Positions 16,447-26,021 of a stretch of 55,436 nucleotides of DNA are shown here, piece after piece. The position numbers and the translations under genes were made by a program. Numbering within the stretch: the first letter of the stretch is position 1; every line of letters starts with the position of its first letter. The notes under the pieces were generated by a model. That model had not been told where the DNA came from. It did no database searches and was given only the letters and a program-made list of their open reading frames with translations. The DNA is from a virus (Duplodnaviria > Caudoviricetes), in IMG/VR virus record IMGVR_UViG_3300005529_000045, positions 1-55,436 of that record; one strand, written 5' to 3'.

Positions 16447-18174
16447 ATGACCCCGCAGTGGACGACCGCTTGCCCTGATTGGGCCGAGCGGATCGTCGCC
16501 GAAAAATCGCTGATCCCGTTCGCGCCGCTTTTCCCCGGGGAAGCGGCGGCGGCGCTTGACGTGTTCAAGACGCTGCGGATCGTCGATGCCGCGGGGAAGC
16601 CGACCTTCGGGGAGGCAGCAAGGCCCTGGATTTTGGATTTCGTCTCGGCCGTGTTTGGCGCCTATGACGCCGAGACGGGACGCCGGCTGATCCAGCACTT
16701 CCTGTTGCTGATCAGCAAGAAGAACGGCAAATCCACTCTGGCCGCCGGGATCATGGTGACGGCGCTGATCCGCAATTGGCGCGAATCGGGCGAGTTTTAT
16801 ATCCTGGCGCCGACCAAGGAGACGGCCGACAATTCCTATAAGCCGGCTTGCGACATGGTCCTCGCCGATCCGGAGCTGCGGGTGATCCTGAAGCCCTCGG
16901 CCGGGCGCGTCATCGAGCACCGCAACACCGGAGCCTTCCTCAAGGTGGTTGCGGCCGACAGCGAAACCGTCTCGGGCAAGAAGACGATCGGCCTCCTCGT
17001 CGACGAGCTCTGGCTGTTCGGGAAGCGCGCGGCCGCGGCCAACATCCTGCTCGAAGCCGAAGGCGGCCTCGCGTCGCGCCCGGAAGGGTTCGTGATCTAT
17101 CTCTCAACCCAATCGGACGAGAAGCCGGCCGGCGTCTTCGCGCAGCAGCTCGAGGAGTTCCGGGATATCCGCGATGGGAAGGTCGAGGAGCCGAGCAAGT
17201 TGCCGGTGATCTACGAATTCCCGGAGCCGCTGCTCAAGGACGAGGCGTATCTGAGGCCCGAGAACTGGTACGTCACCAACCCCAACCTCGGGGCATCCGT
17301 CAGCGAACGGTGGATTGCGACAAAACTGGCCGAGGCGGAGCGTGCCGGCCGGGCGAATGTGGTGGGGCTCTGTGCGAAGCACCTCAACGTCCAGGTCGGG
17401 ACGGCGATCCGCATCGACGGCTGGGCCGGGGCGCTCGTCTGGGATCGCGGCATCGACAAGACGCTGACCTTGGAGACGCTGCTGCAGCGCAGCGAGGTCG
17501 TCACGGTCGGGATTGACGGCGGTGGCCTTGACGACCTGCTCGGGATCGCCGTGGTCGGGCGGGAGAAGGGCACGAAACGGTGGCTTTGCTGGGCGCACGC
17601 GCTGATCTCGGACATCGGCATCGAGCGGCGCAAGGCGAACATCGTCGATTACGACAAGTTCGAAGCGCAGGGTGACCTGACGAAATTCGTCTACCTGCCG
17701 CCCGAGCAATTGGCGGGAGCCCAGATCCTCGCGCCCAACATCCAATACATCGTCGATCTGGTCGAGAAGGTCAGGGGCACCGGACTTCTCGCCTCCGTCG
17801 GGGTGGACGCCGCAGGAATTGGCGCGATTGTCGATGCGCTTGAGGCGATCGGGGTGTCGCAGGAGGCGGACCAACTCACGGGCATACCGCAGGGCATCCG
17901 CCTGATGGGCGCCATCAAGACGGTCGAAATCAAGCTCGCCGGCTACGGCTTCCTGCACCCCGGGGCAGACATGCTCGCATGGTGCGTCGGGAACCTGAAG
18001 GTCGTGCCGACCCCGACGGCGATGCGCGTTGCCCGGGACGAGGCCGGCTTCGGCAAGATCGACCCCGCGATCGCGATGTTCAACGCCGCGGCGTTGATGA
18101 GCCTCAACCCCGAGCCGCGCGGCAGGTCGATCTGGGATCGACCCGAATTGTGGGCCGAGGTCAACGTCGCCTGA
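16447..18174 (+). CDS. terL: Terminase large subunit
   Basis: ISKKNGKS Walker A, LLVDEL Walker B, GIDGG and KIDP nuclease motifs. Confidence 0.95.
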   Translation: MTPQWTTACPDWAERIVAEKSLIPFAPLFPGEAAAALDVFKTLRIVDAAGKPTFGEAARPWILDFVSAVFGAYDAETGRRLIQHFLLLISKKNGKSTLAAGIMVTALIRNWRESGEFYILAPTKETADNSYKPACDMVLADPELRVILKPSAGRVIEHRNTGAFLKVVAADSETVSGKKTIGLLVDELWLFGKRAAAANILLEAEGGLASRPEGFVIYLSTQSDEKPAGVFAQQLEEFRDIRDGKVEEPSKLPVIYEFPEPLLKDEAYLRPENWYVTNPNLGASVSERWIATKLAEAERAGRANVVGLCAKHLNVQVGTAIRIDGWAGALVWDRGIDKTLTLETLLQRSEVVTVGIDGGGLDDLLGIAVVGREKGTKRWLCWAHALISDIGIERRKANIVDYDKFEAQGDLTKFVYLPPEQLAGAQILAPNIQYIVDLVEKVRGTGLLASVGVDAAGIGAIVDALEAIGVSQEADQLTGIPQGIRLMGAIKTVEIKLAGYGFLHPGADMLAWCVGNLKVVPTPTAMRVARDEAGFGKIDPAIAMFNAAALMSLNPEPRGRSIWDRPELWAEVNVA

Positions 18175-19577
18175 TGTTCGACGGCCTGTTGTCGTTCGGG
18201 CGGAACGCGCCGCCGCGGGAACGCATCGAGCCGACGTTTTCCGCGTCGTCGCCCGAGAACCCGTCAACCAATCTCGCCGACCCGGCCTCCTGGCTCTACG
18301 ACTGGGCGAGCGGGGGCCTACCGACCTCGTTCGGGCCGCACGTCTCCGAGCGCACCGCAATGGCGTGCTCAGCGGTCTACCGCAGCGTGTCTTTGCTGTC
18401 GGGGATCATCGCCAGCCTGCCGCTCAAGGTCTACAGGCGCACGCCCGATGGGCGCGAAGAGGTGCCGGACCATCCGCTGGCCACCTTGTTGCAGGTTGCT
18501 CCCTATCCAGGCCAGGCGATGACCGCGTTTGTCTGGCGGGAACTCTGGGGCGTCAACGAGCTGCTGTGGGGCAACCACTATTCAGTCAAACGGTACAACG
18601 GCTCCGGCAAGTTGATCGGGTTCGAGGCGGCCCTTCCCTGGGAGACCGAGGTCTACAAGCTCGACGGGCGCAACAAGTACCGCTTCTTCTGGCCTTACGG
18701 CACGGTCGAGCGCCCCACAAACGAAGGGCTGACCGAATGGCTTGACCAGGACGATGTCCTGCACATCCCGGGCCTCGGGTTCAACGGTATCATCGGGGTA
18801 TCGCGCATCCGGGCAAATGCTCGCAGCTCTGTTGCGCTGTCGATGATGCTCCTGGAGCAAATCGGGCGCGTGCACGAAAACGCGGCAAAGCCATCGGGTC
18901 TCGCGACTCCACCCAAAGGCATTTCACCGGAGGGCTTCAAAAGATTCGTCGCGCAGTTCAGCGAGACGAATACCGGCCGCAGCAACGCCGGCAAGGTCAT
19001 TTTTGGCGACGAAGGGACGAGCTTCACGCCGTTCCAGATGACGCCCGAGGACCTGCATACGATCGAGCTGATGCGGTACGGCGTCGCCGACATCTCGCGG
19101 TTCTTTGGTGTGCCGCTGCATCTGCTGAACGAGACCGACAAATCCACATCGTGGGGGTCGGGCCTCAGTGAGCAGACGCTCGCCTTCCTGATCTACAGTG
19201 TCGAGCCCGACCTCGGCCGGATCGAGGCCGAGATGAACTACAAGCTTTTCACCCGCCCCGATGGACGGCGAGCGGACTATTACATCGAGTTTGATCGGGA
19301 CGGCCTCCTCGCAATGGATCCGGTCAAGGCGGCGCAGATCGCGCAAACCGAAATTGCGAGCGGCACGCTGCTGATCAACGAGCGCCGGCGCCACAAGAAC
19401 CGGCCGCCGGTCGAGAATGGCGACGAGCCGCTCATCAACTCGACCAACGTCCCGTTGAGCAAAATCTTCGAGCCGGGCGCGCAGCCGCGTCAGGACCCGA
19501 TCCAGGCCGATCCGCTGGCGCCAAAACCCGACGTGGGCGCGCCGGAACCGGATGGTGGCGGCCAGGCCACGACCTAG
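18174..19577 (+). CDS. HK97-family portal protein
   Basis: SAVYRSV...IASLPLKVY, DVLHIPG, ISRFFGVP, INERR. Confidence 0.95.
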   Translation: MFDGLLSFGRNAPPRERIEPTFSASSPENPSTNLADPASWLYDWASGGLPTSFGPHVSERTAMACSAVYRSVSLLSGIIASLPLKVYRRTPDGREEVPDHPLATLLQVAPYPGQAMTAFVWRELWGVNELLWGNHYSVKRYNGSGKLIGFEAALPWETEVYKLDGRNKYRFFWPYGTVERPTNEGLTEWLDQDDVLHIPGLGFNGIIGVSRIRANARSSVALSMMLLEQIGRVHENAAKPSGLATPPKGISPEGFKRFVAQFSETNTGRSNAGKVIFGDEGTSFTPFQMTPEDLHTIELMRYGVADISRFFGVPLHLLNETDKSTSWGSGLSEQTLAFLIYSVEPDLGRIEAEMNYKLFTRPDGRRADYYIEFDRDGLLAMDPVKAAQIAQTEIASGTLLINERRRHKNRPPVENGDEPLINSTNVPLSKIFEPGAQPRQDPIQADPLAPKPDVGAPEPDGGGQATT

Positions 19578-19590
19578 GGGGCAACTCCGG

Positions 19591-20826
19591 ATGCGACGCT
19601 ATGAAGCCCGCGAAGCGCGGTTCTCCAATCGCGCGCTCAGCAATTATGCCGCCGCTGGCCTGCCGGAAACGTTCGGCATCCGCGCTTTTGGCGGCGAGAC
19701 TGAAATCCTGCTCTATGACGAGATCGGGTACTGGGGCGTCAACGCCAAGGATTTTGCGCTCGCGCTCGGCCAGGTCCCGGAAGGGATGCCCATCCACCTG
19801 CGGATCAATTCGCCGGGCGGCGACGTGTTCGATGGCCTGGCGATCTATAATGCCCTCATCGGCCGCAAATCGCAGCTGCGGATCACGATCGACGGCATCG
19901 CCGCATCGGCGGCCTCCTTTATCGCGATGGCCGGGTCGCGGGTCGAAATGCCGCCGCAGGCGATGCTGATGATCCACAACGCCTGGGGCGGTTGCATCGG
20001 CAACCGCAACGACATGATCGAGGTGGCGGCGGTCCTCGAAAAGATCGACGGCATGATTGCCGAGACCTATGCGGCCAAGAGCGGCGGCGATAAGGCCGCA
20101 CTCGCTGCCGCGATGGACGCCGAGACCTGGTACACGCCGGCGGAAGCGAAAGCGGCTGGCCTCTGCGACGCGATCCTCGGCGAAGATGCGCAGCAGGCGG
20201 CTCGTGTGGCCGCTCGCAGTCTCGGCCACCGTATCGCCGCGCTGTCGCGCCGGCCGCGTGCGGCAGACCAGGATTTGCCCGATTACGACCCTGACGGCGA
20301 TGGCGACAACGACGCCGAGGAGGCGCTCGGCCATATCAACACCGCCTGTGCCGTGCTGGCCTCGGCGATGGATTGCCTGACGGGCGGGGGCGGTGCGTCC
20401 GCGCGATTGCGCGCCGCAGCGACCGAAGCCGAGTGGGTCTGCGGCGCCGATGAAAAACTGCCGATTGACCAGTCGGACACGTGGGATGGTCCGGCCGCAG
20501 CGGAACGCATGCTCGACGCTGCCGGCTTTAATGGCAATTCGCCCGATCCCGCCAAGGCGAAGCGCGGGTTTCTTGCCTGGGATCACCACAACCCGAACCT
20601 CAAGGGCAGCTACAAGCTGCCCTTCGCCGATGTCGTCGGCGGGGAACTGAAGGCGGTGCGCGGCGGCATCGACGCCGCGGCGTCCCGGCTGCCGCAAACC
20701 GACATCCCGGCCGACGTGAAGCAACGGGCACGCGACGTGCTTGATGCCTACGAAAGCCGGATGCGGAAAGCGGCCGATCTGAAACAGCTCGCGGCCGCGC
20801 GCCAACGCCAGGCCGAAGCGGCTTAA
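19591..20826 (+). CDS. ClpP-like head maturation protease with an extra C-terminal domain
   Basis: RINSPGGDVFDG, AASAAS, LMIHNAW, ETWYT. Confidence 0.92.
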   Translation: MRRYEAREARFSNRALSNYAAAGLPETFGIRAFGGETEILLYDEIGYWGVNAKDFALALGQVPEGMPIHLRINSPGGDVFDGLAIYNALIGRKSQLRITIDGIAASAASFIAMAGSRVEMPPQAMLMIHNAWGGCIGNRNDMIEVAAVLEKIDGMIAETYAAKSGGDKAALAAAMDAETWYTPAEAKAAGLCDAILGEDAQQAARVAARSLGHRIAALSRRPRAADQDLPDYDPDGDGDNDAEEALGHINTACAVLASAMDCLTGGGGASARLRAAATEAEWVCGADEKLPIDQSDTWDGPAAAERMLDAAGFNGNSPDPAKAKRGFLAWDHHNPNLKGSYKLPFADVVGGELKAVRGGIDAAASRLPQTDIPADVKQRARDVLDAYESRMRKAADLKQLAAARQRQAEAA

Positions 20827-20892
20827 CCGAATGCCCTGACGGCGCGCGCAGGGCTCCCTCAATCCGCGCCACGTTCCATCACGGAGAGGTCG

Positions 20893-22125
20893 ATGAAGAG
20901 CAAAGAGCTGCGCGCGCAGCGCGCGAAGCTGGTCGAAGACGCGCGGGCATTTCTGGACGAGGGCACGCCCGAGGCGCTCGCCAAATTCAACGATATGCAT
21001 GACGAGGCCGACAAGCTGAAGGCGCAGATCGACGCGCTTGACGCGGCCGAAGCGCGTGAAGCGGCGACATACGAACAGCTTCGGGCGAGCGCGAGCCGGC
21101 AGCGCATCAGCCCCGACGAGGCGGCCAATCGCGAGCAGCTCGAAAGCTCGACGTTTATGACCTGGGTGCGGCGCGGCGCGGCCGGGCTTAACGACGAGCA
21201 GCGCGAGGTCTTCAATCGGCGCTTCCAGAACGCGCTTGGCACGACCCCGGACACCGCCGGCGGCTACACGGTCCCGCAGGGGCCGATGCAGAAGCTCGTC
21301 GATGCGCAGAAAGCCTATGGCGGGATGATGACGCCGGGCGTCGCGACCATTATCGATACCGACAATGGCGATGCCTTGCCCATCCCGACGGACAACGACA
21401 CGGCGAACGAGGGCGTCGAGCTGGCGGAGAACAGCCAGGTTACGACCCAGGATGTGACTTTCGGAGCCGTGACCCTGAACGGCTATACCTATACCTCAAA
21501 GCTCGTGCTGGTCAGCAACCAGCTGCTGCAAGACAGCGTGTTTGATCTCGAATCGTTTCTGATGGAAAAGCTCGGAGTGCGGATCGCGCGCGTCTTGAAC
21601 CGGCGCTTCACGACCGGCACCGGCGCCTCACAACCGACCGGCTTCATCACGGCAGCGGCGCTCGGCTATACCTGCGGCGGCTCGACGAGCTCCGGCGAGA
21701 CGACGGCCATTTCGAGCGACGATCTGATCGAGCTCGAGCACTCGGTCGATGCCGCGTACCGCCGGCCGAACGGGCGCTACATGATGAGCGACCCTGCCCT
21801 GAAGCAGATCAAGAAGCTGAAGGATGCAATGGGGCGCCCACTCTGGCTTCCGGGTTTGGCGGACAAGGAACCCGACACGATCAACAGCTATCCCTACACG
21901 ATCAACTTCAACATGGACGCGCCGGCCGCGAGCGCCAAACCCGTCGCCTTCGGCGATTTCAGTCTCTACTACATCCGCCGCATTTCCGGGACGCGGGTCC
22001 TGCGGCTGGTGGAGCGCTACGCCGATTTCAATCAGGTCGGCTTTGTTGCATTCCAGCGCTGGGACGGCAATCTGATCGACGCCGGCACGCATCCGGTCAA
22101 ATACTTGCAAAACTCCGCGACCTGA
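20893..22125 (+). CDS. HK97-fold major capsid protein
   Basis: Coiled-coil delta domain, GGYTVP, KLKDAMGRPLW, FGDFS. Confidence 0.95.
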   Translation: MKSKELRAQRAKLVEDARAFLDEGTPEALAKFNDMHDEADKLKAQIDALDAAEAREAATYEQLRASASRQRISPDEAANREQLESSTFMTWVRRGAAGLNDEQREVFNRRFQNALGTTPDTAGGYTVPQGPMQKLVDAQKAYGGMMTPGVATIIDTDNGDALPIPTDNDTANEGVELAENSQVTTQDVTFGAVTLNGYTYTSKLVLVSNQLLQDSVFDLESFLMEKLGVRIARVLNRRFTTGTGASQPTGFITAAALGYTCGGSTSSGETTAISSDDLIELEHSVDAAYRRPNGRYMMSDPALKQIKKLKDAMGRPLWLPGLADKEPDTINSYPYTINFNMDAPAASAKPVAFGDFSLYYIRRISGTRVLRLVERYADFNQVGFVAFQRWDGNLIDAGTHPVKYLQNSAT

Positions 22126-22208
22126 TCGCGGCTCTGCCTGCGCCCGCTGTCGAGTAGGCGAGCGCGCGGGCGTCCCTACCCTTGGCCCTTTCGACCAGGA
22201 GCATTCCG

Positions 22209-22652
22209 ATGCGCCAGTACGATTTGCACGACAACATCGTGCAGAAGATCACGATCCCGCTGCAGACCGTTGGTACGACCGGCACCGGCCGCACCGGCAA
22301 GGTTATCGATCGCTCCGGTTACCAGGGTGTCGAGCTCCTAGTCGAGTACGGCTCCGTTACGGCGACCAATGCGACCGCGACTGTTACGCTGCTCGAAGGC
22401 GATGTCACGGGCACGATGACCTCGGTCGCCGATGCCAGCATGATCCCCAACGCCAATGCCGAGTCCCTCGCGGGGCTTGCGGTGGCCGCTACGCGCACGT
22501 CTGGGGTCAGCAAGAACGTGGCGCACAAGATCGGCTATATCGGCCTGAAGCGCTACGTGTCGGCCAATATCAAATCGACCGTCTCGGCCGGCTTTCTCAT
22601 TGGCGCCAAGTTCCTGCTGGGCGACCCGAACAGCGCTCCGGTCGCGAGCTGA
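22209..22652 (+). CDS. Putative head decoration protein
   Basis: Directly after the capsid gene; G..IDRSGY...IGYIGLKRYV. Confidence 0.7.
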   Translation: MRQYDLHDNIVQKITIPLQTVGTTGTGRTGKVIDRSGYQGVELLVEYGSVTATNATATVTLLEGDVTGTMTSVADASMIPNANAESLAGLAVAATRTSGVSKNVAHKIGYIGLKRYVSANIKSTVSAGFLIGAKFLLGDPNSAPVAS

Positions 22653-23389
22653 TGCTGCAAACCGTGGCGACGGTGCCGGCCCATGTCGTGATACTCGGGC
22701 TGGGGCCGTCGCTCGAGGCCTATCTCGACATCGTGAAGCGGCTGGGGTCTCGCCGCCGCTTCGCGGACGAGGTGTGGGCGATCAACGCGCTGGGCGACAT
22801 CCTCCAGTGCGACCGCGTCTTCCACATGGACGACGTGCGCATCCAAGAAATCCGTGCCGCCGCGAGGCCGCAGAGCAACATCGCAGCGATGCTGGAATGG
22901 CTGCGCAACCATCCGGGGCCGATCTACACAAGCCGGGTCCATAACGGTTACCCAGGCCTCGTCGAGTACCCGTTGGCAGAGGTCATCAACGATTGCGGCG
23001 TCGCCTACATCAACAACACTGCCGCCGCGGCGCTCGCCTTCGCCAATTATCTCGGGGTGAAAGAAATCACTTTCTTCGGCTGCGATTACACCTATCCAAA
23101 TGCTCACGATGCCGAGCGTGGGCGGGCCTGCCTCGAATTCCACATCGGCATCGCAAAGGCGCGCGGAACGAAGATCGGCTTGCCGGACCGCACGTCGCTG
23201 ATGGACGCGCTCTATTCGCAGCAGGACCGGCTCTATGGGTACGACACGCTCGACCTTGAGCTGTCGGAAGAGGACGGCCGGGTGCGCGTGTTGATGACGC
23301 CGCGCGGCGGTCTGCCGAGCGCCGATGAGATAGAACGTCGCTACGACCATTCGCGCCCCGTCAATCCCCTGCTCCGCGGAGCCGCCTGA
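22652..23389 (+). CDS. Sialyltransferase/Maf-like glycosyltransferase-fold protein
   Basis: VVILGLGPS, VWAIN, DRVFHMDD, ALAFANYLGVKEITFFGCDY. Confidence 0.6.
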   Translation: MLQTVATVPAHVVILGLGPSLEAYLDIVKRLGSRRRFADEVWAINALGDILQCDRVFHMDDVRIQEIRAAARPQSNIAAMLEWLRNHPGPIYTSRVHNGYPGLVEYPLAEVINDCGVAYINNTAAAALAFANYLGVKEITFFGCDYTYPNAHDAERGRACLEFHIGIAKARGTKIGLPDRTSLMDALYSQQDRLYGYDTLDLELSEEDGRVRVLMTPRGGLPSADEIERRYDHSRPVNPLLRGAA

Positions 23390-23796
23390 TGTATCCGGGT
23401 CTTCAGTCGCTGGGCGATTTTGCGATCGGCGCGGCCGGCACGCAGGTCGGCAGCTGGGTCGCCGGGCTCGACGGGCTCACCGCCGTCAATCTGCTCGCGA
23501 AATTCGCCTACGGGTCCGGCGGCACGAAGACAACCGTCTATATCCAGACCTCGCTCGACGGCGGCGCGACTGTGGCTGACATTGCCGCGATCACTTTCAC
23601 CACCTCCGGTGCCTCCAAGATCGTCAACCTCTCAGGATTGACGCCGCACACGACCGAGGTCACGCCGACCGACGCCGCCCTCACGGATGATACCTGCGTC
23701 GACGGCGTTCTCGGCGACCGGCTACGCGCCAAAGTCGTTTCGACCGGCACCTATGCCGGGAACACCACCCTCAGCATCCGCGCCGGCGTGCGCTGA
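23389..23796 (+). CDS. Virion structural protein (beta-rich)
   Basis: IQTSLDGG motif; head module position. Confidence 0.65.
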   Translation: MYPGLQSLGDFAIGAAGTQVGSWVAGLDGLTAVNLLAKFAYGSGGTKTTVYIQTSLDGGATVADIAAITFTTSGASKIVNLSGLTPHTTEVTPTDAALTDDTCVDGVLGDRLRAKVVSTGTYAGNTTLSIRAGVR

Positions 23797-23820
23797 TCTG
23801 TCTATCGGGAGTAACGCGCC

Positions 23821-24417
23821 ATGACGACCCGCGATCCGCTGTACGCGGCGAGCAACTACGTCGAGCAGAACGGCACCCGCACCGTCATCGGTGGCGAGAT
23901 CGACATCGTCACTGGCGGGAAGCTCAAGATCAACGGGACCGACTTGACCTCGGCTGTTAATGCCGTCGCCAACGATGCGGCCCGCTATGTCGGGGCCGGC
24001 TCGACGAAAACCCTTACTGCGGCCAACAACAAGCAAGTGATCTTTCTTGACACCGCGACGGGATCGACCGTCACGTTGCCGGCCGCGAGTGGATCGGGTA
24101 ACCGGTTCCGTTTCGTCGTCACGGTCAAGGCCGCCTCCAACAGCCATGTGATCCAGGTCGCGAATGGCTCCGATTTCATGATCGGCAGCATTCACGGCAT
24201 CTCCGACGACCCGGCGACGGTCAAAGGGTGGATCGCCGCCAACAGCGGCACGGTCTCGACAAACAGCGATACGATCACACTCAACCGCTCGACGACGGGT
24301 TCGGTTTCCGTCGGCGAGATCATCGAGGTCGAGGACATCGCTGCGAACACCTGGCTGGTGACCGGCGCCATCACACAGAGCGGTACTGAAGCGACCCCGT
24401 TCAGCGCAGCGGTGTAA
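23821..24417 (+). CDS. Virion structural/head fibre protein
   Basis: NYVEQNG...IGGEI N-terminus; TVTLPAASGSG domain. Confidence 0.7.
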   Translation: MTTRDPLYAASNYVEQNGTRTVIGGEIDIVTGGKLKINGTDLTSAVNAVANDAARYVGAGSTKTLTAANNKQVIFLDTATGSTVTLPAASGSGNRFRFVVTVKAASNSHVIQVANGSDFMIGSIHGISDDPATVKGWIAANSGTVSTNSDTITLNRSTTGSVSVGEIIEVEDIAANTWLVTGAITQSGTEATPFSAAV

Positions 24418-24439
24418 ACGGGCAGCTCCGTCGTTTTCC

Positions 24440-25096
24440 GTGCGTAACTACCTGATCACGAGCATCGTCACGCCTGCCGGCAGTGTTGATCTTATCGATG
24501 CGGCCGACGCCAAGGCTGAGCTGAAGATCGTCGACACCAGCGACGACACCCTCATCGCGCGCTTTATCACCGAAGCATCGACGATGGCCGCAAACTGGTG
24601 CAACCGCTCTTTTGTCGTGCAGACCTATCTCGATCAATGGCGGGTTGGCGAATGGGCGCGGTCGCATCGCCATTGGGGCGGCGCGCGCCAAATCAAACCG
24701 CTGCCGATGTCGAACGGACCCGTCATAGCGATCTCGGCCGTCGATCAGGACGCGACGCCGTTGACGGCTGGAACCGACTATGAGGCCGACCTCAGTGCGG
24801 GGCTGCTCTACCGGCTCGACGGTGACGGCAATGCCGCGTCCTGGTGGGGCGATCTGGTGACGGTGCAGTATTCCGCCGGGTACGACACGATCCCGGCCGA
24901 TGTGCAGGCGGCGGTCTTCCGTCTCGTGACGATGCGCTACAAGGGAAGGGGCCGCGACCCGATGCTGCGGGAGCGCGACCAAGGCGGCATGGTCGGGCGC
25001 GAAACCTACTGGATCGGCGCACCTCCGATGGACGGCAGCCTGCCGGCCGACATCGCGGCGATGCTGCGGCCCTATCGTGTTCCGATGGTCGCCTGA
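24440..25096 (+). CDS. Head-tail connector protein
   Basis: AKAELKI...DDTLI; VQYSAGY...PADVQAA...LRPYR. Confidence 0.85.
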   Translation: MRNYLITSIVTPAGSVDLIDAADAKAELKIVDTSDDTLIARFITEASTMAANWCNRSFVVQTYLDQWRVGEWARSHRHWGGARQIKPLPMSNGPVIAISAVDQDATPLTAGTDYEADLSAGLLYRLDGDGNAASWWGDLVTVQYSAGYDTIPADVQAAVFRLVTMRYKGRGRDPMLRERDQGGMVGRETYWIGAPPMDGSLPADIAAMLRPYRVPMVA

Positions 25097-25098
25097 CG

Positions 25099-25566
25099 AT
25101 GGAAATCACCGCGATCGTCTCGGGCGAGCGCGATTTCGCGGCGCGCCTTGACCAGATGCCAGCGCGCGTGCGCGAGCGCCTTGTCACGGTGATCACGTCG
25201 TTGACGGCACGCCTCCTGGCGGCTGTGCAGCAAAACGAGCCGCAAAGGACGGGGGCGCTGCGCAGCGAAACCCAAATGCGCGTCGATGTGACGGACGATG
25301 TGGTGCGCGGGCGTGTCTTTGTCGCGGCCCCCTCGGCGCGGGAGCATGCCAAGGCTGCCGCGTTGGAATACGGTGCCCATGGCATGGTTGCCGTGCGAGC
25401 CTACCAGCGGCAGGGACATACGCCGTTCGGCATGGCCGCCGCCCAGGTTGTCGCGGCTTACCGCCGCCAGGCGAATATCGTCGCCGATCGGTTCGAGCGC
25501 ACCGCACTCGACGCGATGCGCGGCACGATCAAGGCTGAAATCACCGAAGCGCTCGAAAGCCTCTGA
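25099..25566 (+). CDS. HK97 gp10-like neck protein
   Basis: PQRTGALRS, LEYG. Confidence 0.75.
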   Translation: MEITAIVSGERDFAARLDQMPARVRERLVTVITSLTARLLAAVQQNEPQRTGALRSETQMRVDVTDDVVRGRVFVAAPSAREHAKAAALEYGAHGMVAVRAYQRQGHTPFGMAAAQVVAAYRRQANIVADRFERTALDAMRGTIKAEITEALESL

Positions 25567-26009
25567 TGAACCGGGAAGCGATCATGGCCGCGCTCTTCGC
25601 GCGGCTGCAAACGGTGTCGCAATTCGAGACGACGGGTCGCCGGGTGCAGTTTTGGAGCGATGTCCCGGCACAGCCGGCCTTGTTCCTGCGCCACGTGAAG
25701 GATGATTACCCGCCACGGCCGGAGGGCATACCTGCTCTCGTGACGATGCATGCCGAGGCGTGGATCTACTCGCGAGCCGGCGAAGACCCGCACGCGGTGC
25801 CGGAAACAGCGCTGAACCAACTGGTCGACGCGGTCGAGGCGGCGCTCGCGCCCGATGTCATCGTCCCGAATTTCTCGATCGAGAACGTGCAAACCCTGGG
25901 CGGCCTCGTCGAGCATTGCTGGATCGAGGACGAGGTGCTGTTCGATCCGGGGGATATCGACAAGCAGGCAAAGGCGGTCATTCCGATCGCGATGCTTGTG
26001 CCGCAATAA
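25566..26009 (+). CDS. Tail terminator/completion protein
   Basis: REAIMAALFARL...QPALF...QTLGGLVEHCWI. Confidence 0.75.
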   Translation: MNREAIMAALFARLQTVSQFETTGRRVQFWSDVPAQPALFLRHVKDDYPPRPEGIPALVTMHAEAWIYSRAGEDPHAVPETALNQLVDAVEAALAPDVIVPNFSIENVQTLGGLVEHCWIEDEVLFDPGDIDKQAKAVIPIAMLVPQ

Positions 26010-26021
26010 CGGAGACAAGGC

